Assembly (NCBI RefSeq): GCF_036365525.1
Contig: NC_090384.1
Coordinates: forward strand, 71,323,715-71,387,714
Direction: 5' to 3'
DNA length: 64,000 nt
From: Heterodontus francisci
Taxonomy: Eukaryota
The notes beneath the pieces were generated by a model. That model was not told where the DNA came from, did not search any database, and was given only the letters and a program-made list of their open reading frames with translations. The position numbers and the translations under genes were made by a program. Positions within the stretch are counted from its first letter, which is position 1. Every line of letters begins with the position of its first letter. Positions 1 through 12,893 of this stretch are shown here, in pieces.

Positions 1-2865
1 ACCCATTTCCTCTAGCTCCACACATAGATTCCCTTCTCTGTCCTTGAGCGGGCCAACCCTTTCCCTAGTTACTCTTTTGCTCTTTATATATGTATAAAAA
101 GCCTTGGGATTATCCTTAATCCTGTTTGCCAATGACTTTTCATGACCCCTTTTAGCCCTCCTGACTCCTTGCTTAACTTCCTTTCCACTGTCTTTATATT
201 CCTCAAGGGATTCGTCTGTTCCTAGCCTTCCAGCCCTTACGAATGCTTCCTTTTTCTTTTTGACTAGGCTCACAATATCCCGCATTATCCAAGGTTCCTG
301 AAACTTGCCAAACGTCCTTCTTCCTCACAGGAACATGCTGGTCCTGGATTCTAATCAACTGACATTTGAAAGACTCCCACATGTCAGATGTTGATTTACC
401 CTCAAACAGCCGCCCCCAATCTAAATTCTTTAGTTCCTGCCTAATATTGTTATAATTAGCCTTCCCCCAATTTAGCACCTTCACCCGAGGACTGCTCTTA
501 TCCTTATCCACAAGTACCTTAAAACTTATGGAATTATGGTCACTGTTCCCGAAATGCTCCCCTACTGAAACTTCGACCACCTGGCCGGGCTCATTCCCCA
601 ATACCAGGTCCAGTACGGCCCCATCCCTAGTTGGACTATCTACATATTGTTTCAAGAAGCCCTCCTGGATGCTCCTTACAAATTCTGCCCCATCCAAGCC
701 CCTAGCACTAAATGAGTCCCAGTCAATATAAGGGAAGTTAAAATCACCCACCACTACAACCCTGTTACCTTTACATCTTTCCAAAATCTGTCTACATATC
801 TGCTCCTCTACTTCCCGCTGGCTGTTGGGAGGCCTGTAGTAAACCCCCAACATCGTGACTGCACCCTTCCTATTCCTGAGCTCCACCTATATTGCCTCGC
901 TGCACGACCCCTCCGAGGTGTCCTCCCACAGTACAGCTGTGATATTCTCCTTAACAAGTAATGCAACTCCCCCACCCCTTTTACATCCCCCTCTATCCCG
1001 CCTGAAGCTTCTAAATCCTGGAACATTTAGCTGCCAATCCTGTCCTTCCCTCAACCAAGTCTCTGTAATAGCAACAACATCATAGTTCCAAGTGCTAATC
1101 CAAGCTCTAAGCTCATCTGCCTTACCTGTTATACTTCTCGCATTGAAACAAATGCACTTCAGACCACCAGTCCCGCTGTGCTCCGCAACATCTCCCTGCC
1201 TGCTCTTCCTCTTCGTCTTACTGGCCTTATTTACTAGTTCCTCCTCATTTATTTCACTTGCTGTCCTACTGCTCTGGTTCCCACCCCCCTACCACACTAG
1301 TTTAAACCCTCCCGAGTGACACTAGCAAACCTCGCAGCCAGGATATTTGTGCCCCTCCAGTTTCGATGCAAGCCGTCCTTCTTGCACAGGTCCCATTTGT
1401 CCCTGAAGAGATCCCAATGGTCCAGATATCTGAAACCCTCCCTTCTACACCAGCTGTTCAGCCACGTGTTTAGCTGCACTATCTTCCTATTTCTAGCCTC
1501 ACTGGCACGTGGCACAGGGAGTAATCCCGAGATTACAACCCTAGAGGTCCTGTCTTTTAACGTTCTACCTAACTCCCTAAACTCCCCCTGCAGGACCTCG
1601 TCACTCTTCCTGCCTATGTCATTGGTACCGATGTGTACCACAACATCTGGCTGTTCACCCTCCCCCTTCAGAATGCCCCCTGTCCATTCAGAGACATCCT
1701 TGACCCTGGCACCAGGGAGGCAACATACCATCCTGGAGTCTCTTTCACGTCCACAGAAGCGCCTATCTGTGCCCCTGACTATAGAGTCCCCTATAACTAT
1801 TGCTCTTCTGCGCTTTGTCCCTCCCTGCTGAACAACAGTGCCAGCCGTGGTGCCACTGCTCTGGCTGCTGCTGTTTTCCCCTGATAGGCCATCCCCCACC
1901 AACAGTATCCAAAACAGTATACTTGTTAGAGAGGGGGATAGCCACTGGGGATTCCTGCACTGACTGCCTGCCCCTTCTAGCGGTCACCCATCTATCTGCC
2001 TGCACCTTGGGTGTATCCACTTCTCTAAAACTCCTGTCTATGACGCTCTCTGCCATCTGCATGCTCCTAAGTGCATCCAGTTGCCGCTCCAACTGATCCA
2101 TGCGGTCTGTGAGGAGCTGCAACTGGGTACACTTCCTGCAGATGTAGTCGTCCGGAACGCTGGAAGCGTCACGGACCTCCCACATCTCACAGGTGAAGCA
2201 CTTCACCCCTCTAACTGACATTTCTAGCACTAATTAATAAATTAATTTAAAATAAATAAATACCTTTTAAATCTTTACTAAATTGTTATAACTATACGGT
2301 CCCTAGTGCTAGATTCCTACTATAAATATTAAATGCTAACTAAATACAGTAATCTCCTCCCTCTGGTTTAGTAACTCTACTTATTAATTAGTTAATTAGG
2401 GTTTTAATCAATTTTTATCAATGTTTTATTTTCAAATTCAGTAAAAAAAAATCCCTACCAGCCAATCAGGTCACAGCTTTCCTGTGACGTCACTTTCAGT
2501 TTTTTTTACCAAAGGTAGGTTTTTTATACTTACCGGTCCGGAACTCTGCCCTCCGAGTCTTCTCCCAGTCAGCTGTGCTCTTTGGAAGCTCTGGGCTCCC
2601 CTCACTCTGAGGACAGGTTGGAAATGAAAGGAGCTCCTTGCTCCCTCCTTACCGAACTTCCTCACCTCCCAAACTTCCACTGTAGCACTCTATTGCAAAC
2701 AAAGTCAGCACTGTAAGATGGCTCACTTTTATACTGACTCACTCTAGCCCCGTGAACACTGGTTTAAACCAATTCTCTAATTAACAAGGTGCAGCTGCAA
2801 GCAGAGCCTGAGTGAACCCTGTTTAAAGCTGGTCTAAAACTCACCTTCCTCAATTGAATACAATT
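1..2865 (-). mobile_element. CR1-clade LINE, 5' half (5'UTR, ORF1, start of ORF2), frameshifted; continues beyond window start
   Basis: ORF1 zinc-finger/zipper (CFTCEMW..CRKC) at 1763-2230; SGNH-esterase (IGDSIVR, HIGTND, DGLH) at 1297-1902; APE endonuclease (YRPPN, GDFNFP, LDLVL, SDH) at 203-886. Confidence 0.9.
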
Positions 2866-4497
2866 CTGCTGCTGCTCATGGTCCATAGCACCTCATGGAT
2901 GCCCAGTTTTGCATTGCTAGATCTGTTCTAAATCTATGCCATTTAGCATGGTGGTAGTGCCACACAACACAATGGAGGGCATCCTCAATGTGAAGACGGG
3001 ACTTTGTCTCCACAAGGACTGTGCGGTAAAGGCCTGCTCAGGTTGGAAAAAGAACCCGAACCGAACCGAACCTGACCGATCCACAGCACACCCAAGTGCA
3101 ACCCGGCCCGACTCCCTCCAATTTTGCCACGAGCCTGACTCGACCCGGGCCTGGCCCCGACCCGACCATCCCTTTACTTGCCTTCCGACTCGGAACCTCC
3201 AGGAAGCTGCAGTGCATGCGTGATGACATCATAATGACGTCACTCACTCACTGCGCACACTCAGTCTCATCCCGGACTCCCAGCTCAGGTAAGTTTTTTA
3301 ATTTCAATACTTAACTGCAGAGCACTTAGCGTGCGTGTCCGTCCCGACCCGAGCCCGAAAGCTGGACCCGGATGAGGGCCCGACCCGACCCGAACCCACC
3401 ACATGTTGTCGGGTCCCGTCAGGTTTGGGTTGGGTAGTGGGCCTTTACAGTGTGGTGGTCACTCCTACCAATACTATCATGGACAGATGCATCAGCGGCA
3501 GGCAGATTGGTGAGGACGAGTTCAAGTATGTTTTTCCCTCGTGTTGGTTCTCTCACCACCTGCCGCATACCCAGTCTAGCAGCTATGTCCTTTAGGACTC
3601 AGCCAGCTCGGTCAGTAGTGGTGCTACTGAGCCACTCTTGGTGATGAACATTGAAGTCCCGCACCCAGAGTACATCCTGCACCCTTCCCATCCTCGGTGT
3701 TTCTTCCAGGTTTGTGTGCAACATGGAGAAGCACTGATTCATCAGCTGAGGGGAGGCGGTAGGTGGTAATCAGCAGGAGGTTTCCTTGCCCATGTTTGAC
3801 CTGATGCCATGAGACTTCATGAGGTCTGGAATTGATGTTGAGGACTCCCAGGGCAACTCCCTCCTGACTGTATTCTATTGTGCCGCCACCTCTGCTGGGT
3901 CTGTCCTGCCGGTGGGACAGTACATACCTGGAGATGGTGATGGTGGTGTCTGGGACATTGTCTGTAAGATATGATCCCGTGAGTATGACTACGTCAGGCT
4001 GTTGCTTGACTAGTCTGTGGGACAGTTCTCCCAACTTTGGCACAAGCCCCCAGATGTTAGTAAGGAGGATTTTGCAGGGTCGACAGGGCTGCGTTGTCAT
4101 TTCCAGTGCCTAGGTCAATGCCGGGTGATCTGTCCGGTTTCATTCCTAATTTACTTTGTAGCGGTTTGATACAACTGAGTGGTTTGCTAGGCCATTTCAG
4201 AGGGTATTAAGAGTCAACCACATTTCTGTGGGTCTGGAGTCACATGTAGGCCATACTCGGGAAGTACGGCAGATTTCCTTCTTTAAAGGACATTAGTGAA
4301 CCAGATGGGTTTTTACGACAATCGACAATGGTTTCATGGCTATCATTAGACTTGCTATTAATTCCAGATTTATTAATTGAATTGACTTCAAATTCCACCT
4401 TCTGCCGTGGTGGGATTTGAACCCATGCCCCCAGAGCAGTACCCTGTATCTCTGGATTACTAGACCAGTGACAAAACCACTACTCCACCATCTCCCC
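2866..4497 (-). mobile_element. 5' part of tRNA-headed single-ORF LINE (same family as 12894-16139), interrupted by a MITE
   Basis: Pol III A/B-box-like head at ~4410-4495 on minus; APE N-terminus (LTNIWGLVPKLGELSHRL) at 3624-4100; clearly similar to 12894-14100. Confidence 0.8.
3027..3447. mobile_element. Non-autonomous hAT (Ac-like) MITE
   Basis: Ends TAAAGGCC...GGCCTTTA; degenerate 8-bp TSD ctgtgcgg/cagtgtgg; many subterminal ACCCGA/ACCGA repeats; related copy at 28353-28789. Confidence 0.8.
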
Positions 4498-4499
4498 CT

Positions 4500-5400
4500 C
4501 TGTGGGGTGTGTCTTCCTCCTCCTCCTCTTCTACCTCCTATTCCACATCCTGATCCTCCTCTTCCCCTGATGAACTGTGCCCATCCAGGTCTTCACCATC
4601 TTCAAGGTGCACACCTCTCTGAAGGGACACGTTATGGAGAGTGCAGTAGACCACCACAATGAGTGTACTGCAGGATGCCACCCAGCTGGTCCAGGCACTG
4701 GAACTACATCTTCAGATGCCCGATGACCTGCTCAATTGGTGTTGTAGTGAGCAGCTGGCCTTGGTTGTAGCACCTCTGTGCCTTTGTCGCGGTCTTATGT
4801 AATGGGATGAGCAGCCATGTCTTCAAGTGGTTGCCCTTTTCCCAGAATCCATCCAGGTAGTTTGGGGAGTGGAATGAAGAGCTACAGATGAAGGAGTCAT
4901 GACAGTTGCCAGGAAAGTGAGTGCACAATACAGGAAGCTCTTGTTGTGGTTGCAGACCATTGGAATGTTGAGGGATTGGGAGCCTTTCCTGTTGATGAAT
5001 CTCACTGGCCTTGCTAGCCACATTGTTACAATCAATGATGTCTGCACCTGGGGGAATCCAGCAATTGAGGCAAATCCCACTTGTCTTTTTGCCTTTGAGA
5101 CTGTCTGTCTGGAATTGTATGCACTGTCCAGCTTTCTCAAAGAGGGCATCAGTAACCTGCAAGGTGTGGTGTGCAGCCGCTTGTGAGATGCCAAAGTCCA
5201 TAGCTAATCCTTGGAAGGAGTCAGAGGCAAAGAAGTTCAAGGTCACAGTGACTTTTATGGCTACTGACAGCGCATGGCGAGCAGTGCTGTGAAGTGTGAC
5301 GTCTTCTGCGATGAGGGCACGAGAGTGCATTCTCCTCTGGCACTGGTTTTTGGTCATCTCAAGGTAGCTCTGTCTTCAGTGGTAGATCCGAAGCTGAGGG
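4500..5400 (-). pseudogene. PIF/Harbinger transposase (HARBI1-like) relic
   Basis: Frameshifted pieces ALSVAIKVTVTLNFFASDSFQ, GFASIAGFPQV, FINRKGSQSLNIPMVCNH, IEQVIGHLK resemble Harbinger DDE nuclease motifs. Confidence 0.75.
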
Positions 5401-5959
5401 TATGACCTCGTTTCCTTCAGGCCCTTCATCCTTATTCTCTGCCCTCTTGATGCTTGGAGCTCTGCCCCTCCTGTGGAGGATGCTGTTCCTCATCACCACT
5501 GGACCCAACATTTGAGAGTTGTGCCTTCCTTATGCTCAGGTGGAATCCCAGTTGTTTCTGGAAGGCTTGCCCCCTTCTCTTATGTCCCCGTGATGCCAGG
5601 AAGGAGATGACCCTCTGAGCTGCACCTAATTTATTGGGGCAGCCAGGATTGGTTTCTCACTGTGTTGCCGCCTGCATGCACCTGGTCTGCCCCAAACACC
5701 TCGTGCAGCCCATGCGTCCCTGCCAAAATCTGAACATGTCCCTCAATGAGCTCACAATGAGCTCTTTAAGTACTTTAATTGATATCATTACCAGATTGGG
5801 TGGGCTCTTGGGGCCGCTCTCCCCCGCCCTAGTGAAAGTCACTGGTGATGGGAAACTGGCACGCCAGCCGGTGCCTGTATTTTCATCCCCGACCTGCCAC
5901 CGTTCCTGCCCCTGCCGGGACCTCAAAATTCAGCCCATGTGTAAGGAGCGGGTTCTCAA

Positions 5960-6400
5960 CTATAACAACTTGCATTTATATAGCACCTTTAATCTAATTA
6001 AAGGTCTAACGTGCTTCCTAGGAGCACTTTCAAATAAAATTTGACACCAAGCCACATAAACAGAACTCAAGACAGGCAATTAAAAGTCCAGCAGAGTAGT
6101 TCAGGGAAAGAATTCCTGTGAACAGGGCCTAGGCAACTGAAAGCACGGTTGCCAATAGTGGAGTTATTAAAATCAGGAATGCGCAAAAGGCCAGAACTGG
6201 AGGAGCACAGAGATCTTGGGATTGTAGGGCTGGAGAGGGTTACAGAAATAGGGAAGTGCAAGGTGCTGGAGGGATTTAAAAACAACGATGATAAATTTAA
6301 GATTGAGGCATTGCTGGACTGGGAGTCAATATAGATCAGCAAGCACATGGGTGATGGGCGAACAGGATTTGGTGCAAGTTAGCATGTGAGCAGCAGGGAT
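5960..6400 (-). mobile_element. L2-clade LINE 3' fragment
   Basis: RSLCSSSSGLLRIP..IGNRAFSCLGP C-terminal motif plus tail resembling rc of TTGCATTTATATAGCACCTT; similar to 12550-12830. Confidence 0.65.
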
Positions 6401-7064
6401 TGTTACAATGCCTGTGTGACTTGAGATTGTAGGGATATGAAGTCTCCTTGCAGCTGTGACTAGCAATGCTGAACAGAGATTATCTCATGCAAAAAACCCC
6501 AGAAAAATGTAAACAACAATTGTATATGGAAATTTATTAAATAATCTACTTTTTAGGGTGTATTTTCAGAATGTATCAAGCACTAAGTGGAGCATGGGCA
6601 TGGATCCAACTTTTGGGATTGGTCACTTAGGCTCAATTTCTACAGCCCACTGCTTCTTTGAGCGTTATGTTACATGATAGTCCCCATAGAATTGTGTGTA
6701 TCAGAGTTTGTGTTGATAGTTATTGCACTGGACCCTAAGAAAACCTTCAAGATTGAAATTATTATTTTTATTTCTTTACAAAATTAGCACCACAGGAGTA
6801 AAATTAATGATGGTTGTTTTAACAAGCATAGCACCAAAAGTAAATTTGCAATTAGATTCTTTAAAACGTGTTTGTGCATCAAATGTTACGTTTAAGGCAA
6901 AATTACAAAATTGCAAAAGATCAAGCAACAAACATCCTATGTTTCTGCACAGCATTGTTTAAATATTGGTTCTGGTTTACACACTACTGTTTACTGCATT
7001 TTAAATGTGTCCTACTCCGGCCGAATGTATGCTGAGAATCTTGTGCAATTTGTAACATAGTTAA

Positions 7065-7312
7065 AATGAAAACAGAATACTGAAAAAAACCTGGCAGGTC
7101 AGGCAGCTTCTTTGGAGAGAGAAACTGAGTTAACGTTCCAGGGCAATGACCTATTGTCAGAACACTTAGTTCCTATTTCTCTGAACTTTTGTTCTGACGA
7201 AGGATCACCGAGCTGAAATATTAACTCTTTTTCTCTCTCTACAGATGCTGCCTGACCTACTGAGCTTTTCCAGCTTTATTTCAGATTTCCAGCATCCGCA
7301 GCACTTTGATTT
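7065..7312. repeat. Inverted pair of short Penelope-like repeat fragments in probable RAG2 3'UTR
   Basis: ~7070-7163 is an imperfect reverse complement of ~7191-7280; same repeat family at 33491-33628 and 53563-53717. Confidence 0.6.
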
Positions 7313-7641
7313 TGTACAGTATAGTAATATCATTGGATCACATGGCAATTCTACAACAATTTTTGTTAAATAAGAAAATGTACATCGTTTCACTTAACAA
7401 GAAAGATTTCACACCTTGGTACACGTAGACTATACAATGCTAATGCAGAGTTAGCTTTTGGCTCACTATTTGTTGCATGCTGCATATAGAGTTCATACAA
7501 TTATGTCTGATATTTTTGTACTGTAGTAAGTCAGATGTCAGAGTTCACAAATATTGCTATGACCCCAAATGCTAAATTCTAAATTATTGCATTGTCGATC
7601 ATTTCCAAGTCTAGAATTACACTACTAAAAGTCTTGTAGTT

Positions 7642-9198
7642 TCAATCGAACAGTCTCTTCAGAAAGCTCTTTTTCATTGGTGTCCTTTTCAGTGTTGCTG
7701 GTGATTTCTTACGTGGGGATTTTATTGGCGTTCGCTTTATCTGTTTTTTCTTCTGTGGTGTTTGAATTCCTCTGTCAATATGATGCTCATTGCAAAAATA
7801 CTTTGTGTTTTCCTGAGAAAACTGAATCAGCTGTGATTCTGCGAGATCCATGCATTGGGCATGTACCCAGTGCCCATCATCTCCTCCACTGGAGCAGAAG
7901 ATCATAGCAGGTTTATTGAGTTCTGTGGAGTAATAAGGCACCCAGATGTTGGTATTCACATTACAGGTGGCACTGCATTTAATCCAGTAACCTTCCTCAT
8001 CGCCATTATCCCAGTTCTCTGCATCATCAGAGCCATCAGCTTCCACTTCAAAGTTAAATTCTTCTGAATCTTCAAGTGTGCTGCATTCCTCTGGATCAGT
8101 AAAGGATTCCTGGCTGGCAGAAATTTGGCTTTCTTCCTCTAACTGTCCAAAATTTGCAATATAGAAGTAGTTTGCCTCAGTATCTTGTTTGGTTTCTCCA
8201 GGAATGCCAATTAACACTGCACTACTCCCCATATTGCTACCAAACCAGGTTTTGCTGGCTTTAATATCATTCGTCCATGCTGGGGGCTCCTTTTCCAAAA
8301 TCTGAATGTTGTCATTCTCCAAAATGATGGTGTTACAAATCATTCGCTTCTGGCTCTCAGATTCATAGCCACCAACAATTATGAATTCATCTTTGCCAGC
8401 CTGGGTCACTATTGCACTTGATACAGAGATACCACCATGCAGTATTGTACACTTTACACTTGGATAGATCCCTAACTGATCAACTTTTAAACTAAACAAT
8501 CTTGCAGGACGATGATTGGTTTCAATGGAATGACCACCTAATATGTAGACAGTGTCAATTTTTGCAATAGAGACATGGAATGAAAACCCATCTTCTATTT
8601 CTGGAAGCATGTGGGATGTGCAATGGCCAGTATTTAAATCAATCAGAAAAACCTGTGGCAAACAATCGACTACACTGTTCCAGTTTTCTGTGGTTCTTTG
8701 CCCTGGAGGCCGGTAACATCTACCCCCAAACAAGACACACATGGTTTGTCCCTTGCTCTGAATCACATTGATGGTGTGACCATATCTTCCGAGGGGGACA
8801 TCTCCTTTCAGATTTTTTTCAATGCAACGAAGAGATGTTCTCTTGTTACCAGTATTGCTGTAAACCATCATGAAGTAAAGCAAATTCGGCAGTTCATTAT
8901 TTGGATCTCTTCCACCATGAATGACATATAAAGGGTTCTTTGATTCTGAGGGATCTGAGTAATGAGTTATTGCAGGACAACGCAGTGGGGGAAGATAGCA
9001 TGAGTCAGGCGAAAATGAAACAGCTTTCAGTTTGAGAATCTGGCCTTTGAGATGAAGAAGAAAAACACCTGTGCTGCAGGATCTTTTTGGCCACCCTTTC
9101 TGGCCAAAAAGAAAGACTTCGCCATGAAAATTCAATAAGGAGAATCCTGGATATATAAGAGAAGTATTACTGCTATCTAAGACCATTTGCAGGGACAT
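7642..9198 (-). CDS. RAG2: V(D)J recombination-activating protein 2, intact single coding exon, 518 aa
   Basis: N-term MSLQMV..PGFSL..FGQKGWPKRSC; kelch core (CYLPPLRCPA, RYGHTI, RTTENWNSVVDC); acidic hinge; PHD finger (GYWIKC..STELNKPAMIFCS..HWVHAQC); C-term KKSFLKRLFD. Confidence 0.99.
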   Translation of the reverse strand: MSLQMVLDSSNTSLIYPGFSLLNFHGEVFLFGQKGWPKRSCSTGVFLLHLKGQILKLKAVSFSPDSCYLPPLRCPAITHYSDPSESKNPLYVIHGGRDPNNELPNLLYFMMVYSNTGNKRTSLRCIEKNLKGDVPLGRYGHTINVIQSKGQTMCVLFGGRCYRPPGQRTTENWNSVVDCLPQVFLIDLNTGHCTSHMLPEIEDGFSFHVSIAKIDTVYILGGHSIETNHRPARLFSLKVDQLGIYPSVKCTILHGGISVSSAIVTQAGKDEFIIVGGYESESQKRMICNTIILENDNIQILEKEPPAWTNDIKASKTWFGSNMGSSAVLIGIPGETKQDTEANYFYIANFGQLEEESQISASQESFTDPEECSTLEDSEEFNFEVEADGSDDAENWDNGDEEGYWIKCSATCNVNTNIWVPYYSTELNKPAMIFCSSGGDDGHWVHAQCMDLAESQLIQFSQENTKYFCNEHHIDRGIQTPQKKKQIKRTPIKSPRKKSPATLKRTPMKKSFLKRLFD

Positions 9199-9245
9199 TG
9201 CTGCGGTGGAAAGCAGACAGTACCTTTGAAAGAAAAAAAAATATT
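9199..9245 (-). promoter_or_regulatory. RAG2: Splice acceptor(s) of the RAG2 coding exon (5'UTR intron)
   Basis: Minus strand reads TTTTTTTTTCTTTCAAAG| (exon start 9223); a second AG after tgtctgctttccaccgcag| (exon start 9200), 2 nt before ATG. Confidence 0.65.
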
Positions 9246-10559
9246 GGAAATGAAAGATTTACCATGAAATTGATTATCACAGATTGTGATGATGCAGAAC
9301 TAACCACTCTACAGCTTTTTATAGGTGCACAAATGCTAGTTTTTAGCTATAATTTGTCTGATAAATCAACAATTAAAAATGACCTTCATTTTATATTTCA
9401 AAATTAAATTACTTCATGTTGCTAAACGATGAAAACATTGCACTACATTGATTTTTAAAAAATCAATATTTGTAAAGCACAAGCTATAATTGCTTCCAAC
9501 ATTGCTAAAGCAGTTCAGTTTCAATAAATCTTCATTCAGCCCACTTTGCTTCTTTTCAATATCAACTCAGGATATGCTTCTGATTTAGAGTATTGTTCTA
9601 TCTTTGGAACATTAGTGAGAGGGGGGTAGGGAGGTTATGGGGGGTGTGGGCAGTCGTGTTCAATGGAATTCTCAAATAGTAGAGTCAAGTTATGAAAAAT
9701 CCTGAACAGGTTGATTGTACAGCAGCTGGAAATGGGTTTGTGGCAGCATGTCAGTGGGAAATGGGTGCAAGAAAAAATCCCTGCAGGTAGATAAGGCTGG
9801 GGAGCTGCAGATCCCTGCTGGGCATCCCCAGGCTTGTCGACAAAGAGGAACTAAATTTCAGGCTGATGCATTGTAGTGAGTGGCCCTCAGGTAGGTCCTC
9901 GGAGAGGGGTCAATAGGGAGTGATCAGGAGAGGGGGCAATGGATGGGGAGGTGAGGCTGGTGATCGGGAGAGGAGAGAAATGTTTTGGGGTGGCTGGAGG
10001 TGTCAACAGGAAAAGGGGGATGCAGTGATTGGGAAAGGGAAAGAGTTAATCAGGAGAAGGGGCCCAGAGGCAGCCTGTGGTTCTGATGTGGAGCTGGGAG
10101 GAGCCTATTATATGAGGTTTAGTTGCCCATTTTGAGCTTGAAAAGCACATGGAATCATTGAATTTCTAGGCCTCTTTGCGAACTGCTAATTTGATTTGTC
10201 TAAAAGCAGTAGTCCTAGAAAACTTGTAGATTTCGATTGATTTTGCTGTAAAGATATGCAGCGACAACGGTCCCATCTCCAATCTCCATTTCCTCTCCAA
10301 AATCTTTGAATGGGTTGTTGCCTCCCCAATGTATACACGTATTTCCTGCAACTTTATTTTTATATCTCTCCAATCAGGTTTCTGCCTTGATACAGCTACA
10401 TGACATCTTGTGTGACTGTGACCATGGAACACATGCTCCTCATCTTTCTCAACCTCTCTGTAGCCTCTGACACGGTTGACTACATTATCCTCCTCCAACA
10501 TCTTTCCTTCATTTCGCAACTGACTGGAATTATCTACCTTGGTTTCACTCTTAACTAGA

Positions 10560-11900
10560 ATACTAGAATCACAGAATGGCTACAGCACAGAAGGAAGGCA
10601 TTAGGACCTTCATATCCGTGCTGGCTCTCTGCAAGAGAAACTCCCCTAGTCCCAGTCCCCCCACCCTCATTTCCCCCTAGCCCTGAAAATCTTTTCTCTT
10701 CAGATAATTATTGAAATTGCTTTTGAAAGCCATGATTGAATCTGCCTCCATCACATTCTTAGGTAGTGCATTCCAGATCTTAGCCACAGGCTGCGTGAAA
10801 CAACATTTTTCCTCTTGTCACCTTTCGTTCTTTTGCCATTCACCTTAAATCGGTGACCTCTGGTTTTCGACCACACTGTCAATGGGAACAGTTTCTCTGT
10901 ATTTACCCTGTCCAGACCCCTGTTGATTCTGAACACCTCTATCAAATCTCCACTTAATCTTCTCTAAGGAGAACAGTCCCAGCTTCTCCAAACTATTTAC
11001 GTAATTGAAGTTCCTCATCACTGAAAGCATTCTCATAAACTTTTCTGCACCCAATTCCCTAGCTGAGGCCGAAGCAGTGTTTTATAAAGGTTCACTATAA
11101 TTTTCTTGCTTTTGTACACTATGCCTTTATTTATAAAGCCCAGGATCTTGTACGCCTGATTAACCCCTTCCTGAACCAGGCCTGTCACCTTCAAAGATTT
11201 GTGCACACATACCCCCAGGTCCTTCTACTCCTGCGCCTCTTTGAAAATTGTATCCCTTATTTTATATTGCCTCTCTTCATTCTTGTATCACTTCACATTC
11301 CTATGTATTAAATTTCATCTGTCATGTGTCCGCCTATTCCACCGGCCTGTTTATGTCCTCTCGAAGTTTATCACTACCCTCCGCGCAGTTCGCAATACTT
11401 CCAAGGTTTGTGTCATCTGCAAATTTTGAAATTGTGTCCTGCACATCCAGGTCTAAGTCATTAATATAGATCAACAAATGCTCGGTCCTAGTATCGACTC
11501 CTGGGGAACCCCACTGTACACCTTCCTCCAGTCGGAAAACAACTAATTCTCTGTTTCCTGTCACTCAGCCAACTTCGTATCCATGCTGCCATGGTCCCTT
11601 TTATTCCATGTGCTTTAACTTTGCTGACAAGCATGCCATATGGCACTTTATCAACTGCCTTTTGGAAGTCCATGTACACCATATCAACTGCATTACCTTC
11701 AGCAACCCTGTCTGTTACCTCATCGAAAAACTCAAAGTTAGTTAAACACAATTTGCCTTTAACAAATCCATGCTGGCTTTCCTTAATGAATCTATACTTG
11801 TCCAAGTGACAGTTAATTTTGTCCTGGATTATTGGTTCTAAAAGCTTTCTCACCACTGAGGTTAAACTGACTGGCCTGTAGTTGTTGGGTTTATCCCTAT
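10560..11900 (-). mobile_element. CR1 LINE 3' fragment (RT), decayed
   Basis: NYRPVSLTS, QHGF, YMDFQKA, FADDT motifs; 3' tail near 10560. Confidence 0.85.
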
Positions 11901-11909
11901 CCAATCTCC

Positions 11910-12830
11910 TGCAATTCACTTTCTGCTCTCACACCATTGCCTCTGAAGTCCCCCAAGCATTTGGCCCCCTCCTCTTCCTGATCGGCGCACTGCCCCTTAG
12001 TAGCATCGTCCGAGGAGATAGCATCAGGTTCCACATTTTTGCTGACAATATCCAGCTCTATATCTCCACTACCTGTTTCAAGCCCTGCTCTGCCTCTGTG
12101 TTGTCAGCCTTCTTGTCTGACATTCAGTCCTGGATGAGCTGTAATCTTCTCTAGTTAAACATTCGGAATAAGAAAGCCATTATCGTCAGCCCTCTGCTAT
12201 AGAGTTCATTCCCTAGCCTCTGATTCCAGCCCCCTCCCTAGCTACTGCCTTTGATAGAATCAGACTGATTGCAACCTCACCATTCTATTTGACGATGTGC
12301 TGAACTTCTGGTCCCATATTCTCTCTCTCACCAAGACCACCTACTTCCACCTCTTTAATATCACCTGTATCTGTTCTAGCCTCAGCCCATCACCTTCTGA
12401 AACTCTCATCCATGCTTTGTTATCTCCAGATTCAACTATGCTCTCCTGGCCAGTCTTCAATCTTCTACTGTCTATAAACTTGAGCTCGTGCAAAACTCTA
12501 CTGTTGATATCCTAACTCGCACCAAGTCCATTTAACCCATTACCCTGTGATCGCTGACCTGTATTGGCTTCTAGTCCAACAACTCCTGAAATTTATAATC
12601 CTCATTCATGTGCTCAAATCCCATCATGAACTAGTTTCTCCCTATCTCTGTAACCTTCTCCAGACCTACAACTCTCTGAAATCAATGCATCTCTCCAATT
12701 CTGGCCTCTTGTGCAGTACCAATTGCCTTCATCCCACTATTGGCAGCTGTGCCTTCATCAGTTCAGGCTTTAAGTTCTGGAATTCCCCCCTAAACTTCTC
12801 TGCAGCTCTATCTTTCTCTCCTCTCTTAAG
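11910..12830 (+). mobile_element. L2-clade LINE RT/C-terminal fragment
   Basis: VPQAFGPLLF, FHIFADNIQLY, DIQSWMSCNLL, ETLIHA. Confidence 0.75.
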
Positions 12831-12893
12831 AAAGAAAGACTTGCATTTCTGTATTGCTTCTCATGATTCAGGACATCCTGGAGTGCTTCATGT

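Noticed and set aside
1-7641. RAG1 or ProtoRAG/Transib terminal repeats downstream of RAG2
   Set aside because: No RAG1-like ORF is visible; the region is LINE/Harbinger debris. RAG1 is expected left of the window
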